Source: Octopus bimaculoides (Eukaryota). Taken from it: 53,735 nucleotides of DNA. Positions 39,159-49,037 of this stretch are shown in pieces; within the stretch, counting starts at the first letter, position 1, and each line of letters starts with the position of its first letter. The stretch spans positions 81,979,721-82,033,455 of the forward strand of contig NC_068990.1 in assembly GCF_001194135.2 (NCBI RefSeq). The letters run 5' to 3'. Both the position numbers and the translations under genes were made by a program. Below the pieces are notes generated by a model. It did no database searches. It was not told the origin of the DNA and saw only the letters and a list, made by a program, of their open reading frames with translations.

Positions 39159-39579
39159 ATACGTATATTGTCATCTTCTATCACCAAAGTGATGGTCTTA
39201 ATTTTTTGAATATCTTAAATACGTTATGTAGTATTCTTCCATTTTCTTTTTTTATTAATATAGTTTGGTATAATTTGAGGGGAATTTGTCTGCCATTTCT
39301 AGCAGGTTGGGCAACCATGTATGGGATTCTTCATTGGTTAGAAAGCCGCTGTTGTGATTGCAGTTATTTTCTATAGTATCAGCCATTCAAACTTTTTAAT
39401 GCCCTTCTTTTATCATATGGTATGGTTTGAGAGGATTTTTGCTTCTATTTCTTTTAGGCCCAATGACCACTTCTTGTTTTGATTTTTAGTTCGTTAGTTT
39501 TGAAATTATGTAGGTTTCTCTTTTTTATTTAACTATATTTTAATTAAATGTAACTTTCCGTTCTCTTCCATAATTACAG

Positions 39580-39692
39580 GCGGAAATCTAATCGCAAAGA
39601 AAAAGTTGATGAGCAAACAAAACCTCCTGTTGAAGTGTGCCCTCATCCGAGTGATCCTGTTGAAATGAGGAGACAACATTATCAAACCCCCG
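39580..39692 (+). CDS. Lar: Lar exon 13, juxtamembrane: RKSNRKEKVDEQTKPPVEVCPHPSDPVEMRRQHYQTP (absent from ORF track)
   Basis: taattacag acceptor, G|GTATGT donor, 113 nt, phase 2-1; SDPVEMRR..YQTP is a LAR signature. Confidence 0.95.
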
Positions 39693-40509
39693 GTATGTAC
39701 TTCACAACATCAGCTTATCTGTCTGTTTAAATATTCTGTTCAAACAACCTACTTTTCCCTGTCTTGACCTATGCACACATATATATATATATATAAAATA
39801 TATAGTTTTAGGGAAAATAACCTGACGATTAGCTATATTTTTGAATAGAATTTATTTTCGATAATTTCAATTGATTTTAATCGATTTAAATTTTCTTTCT
39901 ATTTGGAAATTAGTTATGAAACACTTGTAGTCATTGTATTATCTTTATCTTATGATATTTACTTTGTTTTATATTATACTCATTTATTGTGCTTTTAATT
40001 ATTAATTTTTCTATATGTGATAGTGGACTTTCATCGATGAGTTCTTGAAACTTGATTATTTTCCCTAAAACTATATATTTTATAAATATTTTATCTATAA
40101 AGCTCAATTTAATGTTAATTTTTTATAAATTGATTTTAATTGAGTTTTTACCTGTAATTTTGGTTTTGTCCCTAATATTATTATATATATATATATATGT
40201 ATTAGCAATGGAAGTAAGTACAGAATAGTAACCTGTATATTTTACTGAATGTGGATAGACTGTGAGAACATCATAATACTGTGATATTCATCCGTACAAG
40301 AAGCTTCTGCAGTATTATGGCATTTTTATGGTATATAAACATTGAGTAGGATATATATATATATATATATATGTATACACACACACAAACATGTGTGTAT
40401 TTATATATAAGATTTGGCACCAAGTCTACTCTTCAGTGACAAGCAGCAGGCAACTCTTTGATTAAGCTGAGAGTAGTCAGATAATGATGGACCCACTGAC
40501 CAAGTTTAG

Positions 40510-40713
40510 CCCTTTAGCATTTAAGTCAGCCATATCCAGCCAAAATAATATACCTGTTTTATCTTCAGACTGACCAGATCCGGCTTCTAACACTTACCCC
40601 ACAATATTGTTCTAAAATTAAACAATTACATCATTGAAATCTCAAAGCTGCAATTTTTACTTATGTGAATAAATAACTACTAAATTTAACAGAAAAATCT
40701 GAATACTTAAGGG
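40510..40713. mobile_element. piggyBac-like MITE (204 bp) with 4-bp TTAG/CTAA TSD
   Basis: TTAG|CCCTTTAGCATT...AATACTTAAGGG|TTAG; 12-bp TIRs match 10/12; removing the element and one TSD restores the host mariner frame. Confidence 0.8.
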
Positions 40714-40850
40714 TTAGACATTTTCTCTAGTTTATGAAAGTGTTTTATAATCAAAGTGTGACTTAAATTGAACTGTTTTGCTAATTCTTGTGCAGTTTGT
40801 TTTGGATTTTCCTCAACCACAGTTTTCAGAAGCTCAATATATTGACAGAA

Positions 40851-40918
40851 CCTGGTTGTCCAGCTCAAAGGGACAGCCTGGTTGTCCAGCTCAAAGGGAC
40901 AGCCTGGTTGTCCAGCTC
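40851..40918. repeat. 26-bp tandem repeat, 2.6 copies (CCTGGTTGTCCAGCTCAAAGGGACAG)
   Basis: Two exact units (40851-40876, 40877-40902) plus a 16-bp partial unit. Confidence 0.95.
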
Positions 40919-41601
40919 TGTGAGGGAAAAATTTCCCAAGCAAAACTGGCCAAACTATTATTTGCCATATCCAGACACTTAAAGCTTCATTTCTATAAAC
41001 AGAACAAATATTTCTTGCTACTTCCATTGTTGAAGAGTCCCTTTGGAATTCATACAGCATGCAGTAACTGATACTGGTCTGATCTAAAATCCTTTTAAAA
41101 GGATAAGATTGATCAGATAAAGTAATCCTCAATCAAAAGAGAATAACATTAGGATGTACAAATTAATGCTTATTTTATGAGTATTGTATAAGTATTCTTA
41201 AACTGATCATGTCAAAAATGCAGCAAGACTTTCTTTCCAACCTAGTGTGTGTGTGTAAAGTAGTTGTGTTTGTATGCATATATACATATATTGTGTATAT
41301 ACACACACACACACACACATGCTTTTTACTATCTTTAATAATCGCCAGGAAATTGCAAAAGTGATTCAAGAGTAATGTGCAACATTCCGGGCTCTAGATT
41401 CTCTTTTTGTAACTTCACAAATAAGACAATGATTTATTTTTGAATGCAGAAATGCTGTTAGAACATCTGAAACATTTGGTAAATTACCCTTACAAAGCAG
41501 AAAAATTTGTCAAGAAACAGCTATGCTTACATCACATTTGTAAGCATGTTTTTTTATTAATTGAAAATCTTAATGTAATTATGTTATTTCTATAATTTCA
41601 G

Positions 41602-41900
41602 CAATGATTAGTCATCCGCCCATTCCTGTCCATATGCTAGCAGAACACATTGAGAATTTGAAAGCAAGTGACAATCTACGCTTCTCTCAAGAATATGAAT
41701 CAATTGAACCAGGTCAACAGTTTACTTGGGACAATTCTAATCTTGAAGTGAATAAGCCTAAGAATAGATACGCTAATGTCATAGCTTATGACCATTCCAG
41801 AGTCATTCTTCAACCAATAGAAGGACTACCTGGAAGTGACTATATTAATGCCAACTATATGGATGGTTATAGAAAGCAGAATGCTTACATTGCCACACAG
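41602..41900 (+). CDS. Lar: Lar exon 14, D1 start (wedge, KNRY loop): AMISHPPIP...[16 protein letters not shown]...AYIATQ
   Basis: aatttcag acceptor, G|GTAAAT donor, 299 nt, phase 1-0. Confidence 0.97.
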
Positions 41901-42302
41901 GTAAATATAATTTCCTTTCTCTTGTCTTCACTCTTTTGTCACCGTATTTCTGTTGACAATAATTGCTTTTATTTCATTTGAATTTGAAAATAATTTAGAA
42001 TTCAGCTATTATTAAGTTGGTGTTTGGAACGAATTTACATAAAATTTTGATGGAAGGTATTAATTTTGAAACATAGAACTAGGAGGAGGGGGGGGGGTCT
42101 CATGTTGGTTGGTATCAAAAGGGTTTCAAAATTTCTATTTTTGTAAATGTTTTACTACTTGGCAGAGTAAATCTGTCACCCGGTTTAACACCACCAACTG
42201 GTACTTTTAGTATAGCTCCCTTTGTTACTAACATTTAAAGCAGGTCTCTGGTATGAGAATAACCCAAGAGAGTGATCCCTCCCTCCCTCTCTCCCCCCTC
42301 CC

Positions 42303-42414
42303 NNNNNNNNNNNNNNNNNNNNNNNNNNNNNNNNNNNNNNNNNNNNNNNNNNNNNNNNNNNNNNNNNNNNNNNNNNNNNNNNNNNNNNNNNNNNNNNNNN
42401 NNNNNNNNNNNNNN
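42303..42414. other. Assembly gap (112 N)
   Basis: N run after a C-rich tract. Confidence 1.
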
Positions 42415-42747
42415 AAAATCATGAGTACTGCCTTTTTTCTATTGGTTAAGTCTGAAACACTGTAAGAAAGCTGGTTTATTTTTTTAATGTCTAGACTAAT
42501 GATGGAGTTGGAATTTGTGTTTCATTTAAGCTGTGATCTTTTTATTTATTTATTTATTTATTTGATAAGATAAATCTAAATCATTTTATCAGATTTATTA
42601 ATCTGTTAAGATGATAGGCTAAACTTTGAAGAAGATTTAGTTGCTCAGTGATATATGTCTAAAGACATTTATAATTGAATATTTATTTGCATGATTTTTT
42701 TCTAAGCAAGAAATAGTTTACTTATGTAATTTATTCATCTGTTTTAG

Positions 42748-42846
42748 GGTCCACTTCCTGAAACATTTGGGGACTTCTGGCGCATGGTTTGGGAACAGAG
42801 AAGTTCCACTATTGTCATGATGACGAAATTAGAAGAGCGGTCAAGG
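42748..42846 (+). CDS. Lar: Lar exon 15, D1: [33 protein letters not shown]
   Basis: ctgttttag acceptor, G|GTAAGA donor, 99 nt, phase 0-0. Confidence 0.97.
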
Positions 42847-42950
42847 GTAAGATTTAAACCAAGCCTTTTTTTTATATTACTTTGAAACATTTGTTTGTTA
42901 ATACTCTAGTTATCATCTGATTGACTATCTTGTTTTGTTGGATTTTATAG

Positions 42951-43070
42951 ATTAAATGTGACCAATATTGGCCCTCCCGAGGTCCAGAAACATATGGTCT
43001 AATGCAGGTTACTTTGCAAGATGTGACAGAACTGGCAACTTATACAATAAGAACATTCTATGTAGCTAAG
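42951..43070 (+). CDS. Lar: Lar exon 16, D1: [40 protein letters not shown]
   Basis: gattttatag acceptor, G|GTATAC donor, 120 nt, phase 0-0; 104-nt upstream intron. Confidence 0.96.
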
Positions 43071-43158
43071 GTATACTTCTTTCTTTCTAAATTTCATTCT
43101 GCCCATAGAGAAAATTTGCTTTTTAACTGACTTAATTTAATACTATTTTCATTTACAG

Positions 43159-43313
43159 TATGGTTGTGCAGAAAAGAGAGAAGTTCGGCAGTTTCAATTT
43201 ACTGCCTGGCCCGACCATGGTGTACCAGATCATCCTACACCCCTGTTGATGTTTATGCGTAGAGTAAAGGCCAGCAATCCGCTGGACGCTGGCCCAATGA
43301 TAGCACATTGCAG
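43159..43313 (+). CDS. Lar: Lar exon 17, D1 WPD loop: [23 protein letters not shown]...DAGPMIAHC(S)
   Basis: atttacag acceptor, AG|GTACGG donor, 155 nt, phase 0-2; 88-nt upstream intron. Confidence 0.97.
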
Positions 43314-43796
43314 GTACGGAATTAATGAATTATATAAATTATAAATAGATCATTACTAGTAATAAATTATATTATTTCAAGTCTGTAGTATTTCTCAAAA
43401 CAAACTATTATGCCTTAACAAATTTTGGCTTCATTTAGTGGATCATTTTTATAGAGTTTGTAAATTACTATTCTTACTCAAACAACTTATGAAATAAGTA
43501 TTCTTGTGCATGGAAATCTCTAGAATTGTAACACCATTAGTACCATTATTAAGTTAAAGTGGCTTATGAATACAGAACTGTAAAGAATATAAAAACAAGA
43601 AACTGAGACTATGCTGTGGATTGGAGAAACTTTAGCTGAATCCTGAGAGTATCAATTCTAATTTCCTGAAAGTTTCAGTTCTAAGTGTTGTCTTATTGAT
43701 CATCGCTTTTACAAGATTAAAGGAATAACATATATCCAACTTTCAAATTCATTGTAATAAACCTGACTCTTGTTAATTAGTTGGTGTCTACTTGAT

Positions 43797-44197
43797 TGTT
43801 GTTGTTGGCACTCCGTCGCTTACGACATTAAGGGTTCCGGTTGATCCGATCAACGAAACAGCCTGCTCATGAAATTAACATGCAAGTGGCTGAGCACTCC
43901 ATAGACACGTGTGCCCTTAACGTAGTTCTCAGGGATATTCAGCGTGACACAGTGTGACAAGGCTGACCCTTTTAATTACAGGCACAACAGAAACAGGCAG
44001 AAAGAGTGAGAGAAAGTTGTGGTGAAAAAGTACAGCAGGGTTCGCCACCATCCCCTGCCGGAGCCTCGTGGAGCTTTCAGTGTTTTCGCTCAATAAACAC
44101 TCACAACGCCCGGTCTGGAAATCGAAACCACGATCCTATGACCGCGTTTCTGCTGCCCTAACTCTAACCCTAACCACTGGGCCATTGCGCTTCCACT
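43797..44197 (-). mobile_element. tRNA-derived SINE family S, full length, antisense, 12-bp TSD
   Basis: Reverse complement of the 47229 copy along its length; TSD TGTCTACTTGAT at 43785-43796 and 44198-44209. Confidence 0.93.
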
Positions 44198-44593
44198 TGT
44201 CTACTTGATATTCTTAATGAAATTCCTTGCATATTTTTATTGCCTAAAAGCTTTGCAGCATTGGCACTACTGTGTGTGTGTGTGTTTGATCATAATAAAG
44301 GAAGCTGTTTTGCAATTTTGCAAACATTCTGCATTTTTTTTATTACTAAAGATGTTAAATCATTCATAAGATTTGTAGTGACACAGTGAACCACCAAGTT
44401 CATACTTGTACTTTACCACATGTACTTTGATACACTGAGTACATTTCTATGGAGAAATTTTGAATAGCAGCCTGGTGAAATTCAGTAATAGTATCGAGTA
44501 CTCTATTTGATATTTGTATATATATTTTCAAAGAAATAAGAACTTTTCTTAATATTTTGCTCATTCTTGCCTTTTTTTTCATTTTCTTTTTAG

Positions 44594-44879
44594 TGCTGGT
44601 GTGGGGAGAACTGGTGCTTTTATTGTGATTGACTCAATGCTTGAGCGTATTAAGCATGAGAAGACTGTGGACATTTACGGGCATGTGACTTGCTTGCGAG
44701 CTCAGCGCAACTACATGGTACAAACCGAGGACCAATATATATTCATTCATGATGCTTTACTTGAAGCTGTTACTTGTGGAAATACAGAAGTTCCTGCTCG
44801 CAATCTGGGTGCTCATATACAAAAGTTATCTCAACCAGATCCAGGAGAAACAGTAACAGGAATGGAATTAGAATTCAAG
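44594..44879 (+). CDS. Lar: Lar exon 18, D1 P-loop and Q-loop: (S)[16 protein letters not shown]...[11 protein letters not shown]...GMELEFK
   Basis: ttttctttttag acceptor, AAG|GTATGT donor, 286 nt, phase 2-0. Confidence 0.97.
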
Positions 44880-44926
44880 GTATGTGATCAGTTTCACCTT
44901 TGGTTGTTTGCCATTATCATTATCAT

Positions 44927-45217
44927 GTTGCCAGTGCCCCTGGACTGGCTCTTGTGCGGGTGGCACATAAAATACACCATTTGAGCTTGGCCGTTGCCAG
45001 TACCGCCTGATTGGCCTTCGTGCGGGTGGCACGCAAAAGCACCCACTACACTCTCAGAGTGGTTGGCGTTAGGAAGGGCATCCAGCTGTAGAAACTCTGC
45101 CAAATCAGATTGGAGCCTGGTGTAGCCATCTGGTTTCACCAGTCCTCAGTCAAATCGTCCAACCCATGCTAGCATGGAAAGCGGACGTTAAACGATGATG
45201 ATGATGATGATGATGAT
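44927..45217 (+). mobile_element. Retroposon family B (5'-truncated SINE/LINE-type element with (GAT)n tail)
   Basis: Near-identical to 48569-48855 and to the reverse complement of 26054-26287; ends CCATGCTAGCATGGAAAGCGGACGTTAAACG(ATG)n. Confidence 0.9.
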
Positions 45218-45625
45218 CTTCATTTAATGCCCACTTTTCCATGCTTGCATGGGTCAGATGGAATTTGTTGAGACAGATTTTTTTCTATGGCCAGATACCA
45301 TTCTTGTCACCAAACTTCACATATTTCCAAGCTGGTAATATTTCCCATAGCCTGGCCTGTCTTTTCCCTGATGACTAGAAACAAACAACATCACTAATAT
45401 GCCCATGATACTTATTTACAACTATCAGGAAAAGGGTACACTTAAACACACACACACACACGTAAATATTTATAACAGGCTGCTTTCAGTTTGTATCTAT
45501 CAAATCTACTTATAAGGTTTTAGTCAACCTGCTATAGTAGATGATACTTGCCCAATGCGCCAAACAATGGGACTGAACTACACCATGTGGTTGGGAGGCA
45601 AGCTTCGTAACCATACATTAAAGAT
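45218..45625 (-). mobile_element. Composite SINE, antisense: family C head, (TG)n, middle, family B-type tail
   Basis: Head reverse complement at 45480-45625 (ACTTGCCCAA...GGGACTGAAC), (CA)n at about 45447, tail TTTTCCATGCTTGCATGGG at 45235-45253. Confidence 0.78.
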
Positions 45626-46288
45626 TAGACCAGAATCAAATCCAGATTTGTCAAATTAAAAATGATAATTACCATATTTGTAGTTATTTGATTATAACTG
45701 TATTTAAGAGGAAAGTTAAAACAGCATTTTTAATGGTCTATATTGACCAATCTGATTTTTAAATTATTAACTGCATCTTGGTTTATATTTTTATCCTACA
45801 TATCTTTAATATTCTTCTACAAGATTATATATATATATATAATGTGTGTGTGTGTGTGTATTATATATAGTGTGACATATTTTGATATTACTGAGGTTTT
45901 CTATCACACTATGAGAACAATAGCATCATTAGTTATGTGGTTCTAACAAACCAAACACTGGTTCACTGTGTTTATGCTAAGAGAGTTTTGCCTTCAAAGT
46001 TAATTTCACAAAGTGTAGGAAACATAATGCATCGGGTAGAGTAAATGTGTATTTTAGTTTAGGCCATTTTTATCTAGTTGCTCAGTTTTATGCCATGAGG
46101 TAATTTTCAGTGAAAGTCGTTTGTGTTGAAAGCTCCATAATGGTTAGATGTTACAGTAGTAATGGGCTATACCGTCAAATCTGTCTGTAGCTCCCACCAC
46201 CAACTACCTTCATCTGAGGGTATGCTGCAGGTGTGAAACTGAGTAGCTAAATATAAACATTATTAAGCAGGTGTGTGTTACTGTATAT

Positions 46289-46299
46289 ATGTGTATATA

Positions 46300-46389
<90 letters not shown>

Positions 46390-46441
46390 GGGACAAAATC
46401 CAAAATTACAGTTCTTGAAAATTGGTTATTTTCCCTAAAAC

Positions 46442-46503
<62 letters not shown>

Positions 46504-46523
46504 CATACACATATGTGTGTGTG

Positions 46524-46558
<35 letters not shown>

Positions 46559-46560
46559 CG
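46289..46560. repeat. Long compound (TA)n/(TG)n/(GA)n microsatellite
   Basis: Direct reading. Confidence 0.93.
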
Positions 46561-46664
46561 TTATATACATAAATATCACTCTATATTGCTCTGGTGGCTA
46601 TTGATTGTTTATAGTTTTAGATGGTAACCACTTTTATCCATTTTGTTTTCTTTTTTTATTCCAG

Positions 46665-46758
46665 AGATTAGCAAATGTGAAAGCTAATCCTAATAGATTT
46701 GTCAGTGCCAATCTTCCTGTGAACAAATTTAAAAACCGACTGGTGAACATATTACCAT
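46665..46758 (+). CDS. Lar: Lar exon 19, D1-D2 linker and D2 start: [31 protein letters not shown]
   Basis: ttattccag acceptor, T|GTAAGT donor, 94 nt, phase 0-1. Confidence 0.96.
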
Positions 46759-47228
46759 GTAAGTATTTATTCAATCCTGCCTCATCTTGATTGAAAGATA
46801 TATATAACATAGAAAGAGAGACCTACGACTAATCAAATCTCATTTGGTTATACCTGTATTACCTTCTGTGGCAGTATACCTTGAACAACATTATTCAGTG
46901 TGTTCATTGATAAAATGCTAGTGTTTGCTCGAGATCAGCCCTAATATAGCAGACATCCCTTTGAACTTTTCATTGATCAGAAGTCATTCCTACTGTGGTC
47001 GCACCACTGTCTGAATTACTCTACTTTGGACAATATTGTCAAAAGTATTCTTTTATATATTGTTAGGGTGTAATTCACAGTAGATTTGGTTGCTATTTTT
47101 AGCATTTGAGCCTTCTTCATAAAGGTTTTCTCATTTATGATGTGTAATTATGTTGCTATTTGAATGTTCTAAAATACTCGTGACTTCTCAACTTATTGCT
47201 AAATTAGAAATGATGTATACTAGTGAAG

Positions 47229-47606
47229 TGCGGAGGCGCAATGGCCCAGTGGTTAGGGCAGTGGACTCGCGGTCATAGGATCGCGGTTTAATTCTCAGAC
47301 TGGGCGTTGTGAGTGTTTATTGAGCGAAAACACCTAAAAGCATCACGTGGCTCCGGCAGGGGATGGTGGCGAACCATGCTGTACTCTTTCACCACAACTT
47401 TCTCTCACTCTTACTTCCTGTTTCTGTTGTGCCTGTAATTCAAAGGGTCAGCCTTGTCACGCTGAATATCCCTGAGAACTAAGTTAAGGGTACATGTGTC
47501 TGTGGAGTGCTCAGCCACTTGCACGTTAATTTCACGAGCAGGCTGTTCCCTTGATCGGATCAACTGGAACCCTCAACGTCGTAAGTGACGGAGTGCCAAC
47601 AACAAC
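47229..47606 (+). mobile_element. tRNA-derived SINE family S, full length, 12-bp TSD
   Basis: A-box-like TGGCCCAGTGG and B-box-like GGTTTAATTCT head, (CAA)n tail, TSD ATACTAGTGAAG at 47217-47228 and 47607-47618. Confidence 0.93.
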
Positions 47607-47702
47607 ATACTAGTGAAGATATCAATTTAATGTAATTGTCAGCACTTGCCTCTCCTGTACCCCAGTTAACCTTTAATTCTTCACCGTTATTTTTTGTAAC
47701 AG

Positions 47703-47779
47703 ATGAATCAACAAGAGTGTGCTTACAGCCTATCCGAGGAGTAGATGGCTCTGACTATATCAATGCCAGCTTCATTGAT
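47703..47779 (+). CDS. Lar: Lar exon 20, D2: (Y)ESTRVCLQPIRGVDGSDYINASFID
   Basis: ttttgtaacag acceptor, T|GTAAGG donor, 77 nt, phase 1-0. Confidence 0.96.
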
Positions 47780-47918
47780 GTAAGGATGTTCAATATTCTC
47801 TGTTTTTTATTTAAATATGCGATAACAATTTTTCCATTTAACTTGCTTGCACAGCTTATTAAAAAGACAACACAACTGCTGTGTATTAATATCTACATGT
47901 CGTTTTGATTTCCAACAG

Positions 47919-48053
47919 GGTTACCGCTACAAGAAGGCCTATATAGCCACACAAGGTCCTCTCGTAGAAACTACAGAAGATTTCTGGCGTATGCTGTGGG
48001 AGCACAATTCTACTATTATAGTGATGCTTACAAAATTGAGAGAGATGGGAAGG
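47919..48053 (+). CDS. Lar: Lar exon 21, D2: [45 protein letters not shown]
   Basis: tttccaacag acceptor, G|GTATGT donor, 135 nt, phase 0-0. Confidence 0.97.
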
Positions 48054-48182
48054 GTATGTATGTGAAGATTTTTTTTAGTTGATGCATTTTATTTTCAGTT
48101 TTGAGTCTGCCTCCAGAGGTCAAGGACACTGTTCTTTTCCTTTTCACTAAATTAACACGAAACAATTTTCACACACACATGT

Positions 48183-48855
48183 CGAAGTATGGCTGTATAG
48201 TTAAAAAAAAAGTTTGCTTGACAACCACATACTTTGGGTTCAGTTGCACTGCATGATGCAGACAAATTCCTTCAGAAACTGTACACAGCCTGTCATGTGT
48301 TGTGTGTCTGTGTGAATGCTTACAATCTGCACTTTACATGAGAAAGCTCTGATTAGTCATGTAGGCTGATATTTGTCTGTCAACAAGTCATCCAGTAGCT
48401 CTGTGCTTTTAAAAATGTGTGGAATAAAATCTCCTTTGCTTAATAAACATATAAGCTTGCGAAGACTTATTGGGGCAAGCGAAAGTGAAATCGTGATGGC
48501 ACCTGTGCCCAGCGTCGCCTTTCTGGCACTTGTGCCCGCAGCATATGTAAGGACTTTCGAGTGAGATTGTTGCCAGTGCCCCTGGACTGGCTCTTGTGCG
48601 GGTGGCACATAAAATACACCATTTTGAGCGTGGCCGTTGCCAGTACCGCCTGACTGGCCTTCGTGCAGGTGGCACGTAAAAGCACCAACTACACTCTCTG
48701 AGTGGTTAGCGTTAGGAAGGGCATCAAGCTGTAGAAACTCTGCCAAATCAGATTGGAGCCTGGTGTAGCCATGTGGTTTCACCAGTCCTCAGTCAAATCG
48801 TCCAACCCATGCTAGCATGGAAAGCGGACGTTAAACGCCGATGATGATGATGATG
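48183..48855 (+). mobile_element. Probable full-length composite SINE: family C head (48183-48315), middle, family B body (48569-48855)
   Basis: Head GGCTGTATAGTTAA...GGGTTCAGTT matches the 26288 copy; the B body is unambiguous; treating them as one element is inferred. Confidence 0.7.
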
Positions 48856-49037
48856 AAGAGTGAGTGATAAGATGGGCATCCAGCTGTAAAAACAATGCCT
48901 TGTCTAACTATGCTAGCATGGAAAAACATGTAAAATAGATGAACAAAAATATACATTTTCAGTATTTATAAGTTAATGTTTCATTGATGCTTGTTTGTTT
49001 GTCTCATAAATTTTTTTTTTCTTTCTTTTCTCAACAG

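Larger units (their letters stand above)
40412..41245 (-). mobile_element. Mariner transposase N-terminal remnant with left TIR, interrupted by a MITE
   Basis: CMLYEFQR...ARNICSVY (HTH1), LKTVVEENPKQTAQELAKQFNLSHTLIIKHFHKLEKMS (HTH2), and KLGQWVHHYLT (WVPHEL-like) after the MITE; TIR-like CTAGGTTGGAAAGAAAGTCTTGCTG on the minus strand at 41221-41245. Confidence 0.88.

Noticed and set aside
41148-41245. Possible MADE1-like mini-MITE
   Set aside because: The right-hand TIR is better explained as the left TIR of the adjacent minus-strand mariner; the other match is weak
43297-43311. D1 pre-P-loop strand MIAHC instead of MVVHC
   Set aside because: Small hydrophobic substitution with all catalytic motifs intact; not enough to claim a functional change
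47229-47305. tRNA gene-like sequence (also the SINE-A and SINE-C heads)
   Set aside because: No complete acceptor stem, and each continues into a repeat body with tail and TSD, so they are SINE heads
26064-48782. Recurring ORFs MPPARRPVRRYWQRPRSKW and MKPxGYTRLQSDLAEFLQ, suggesting a small gene family
   Set aside because: They come from copies of repeat family B and have no independent coding evidence
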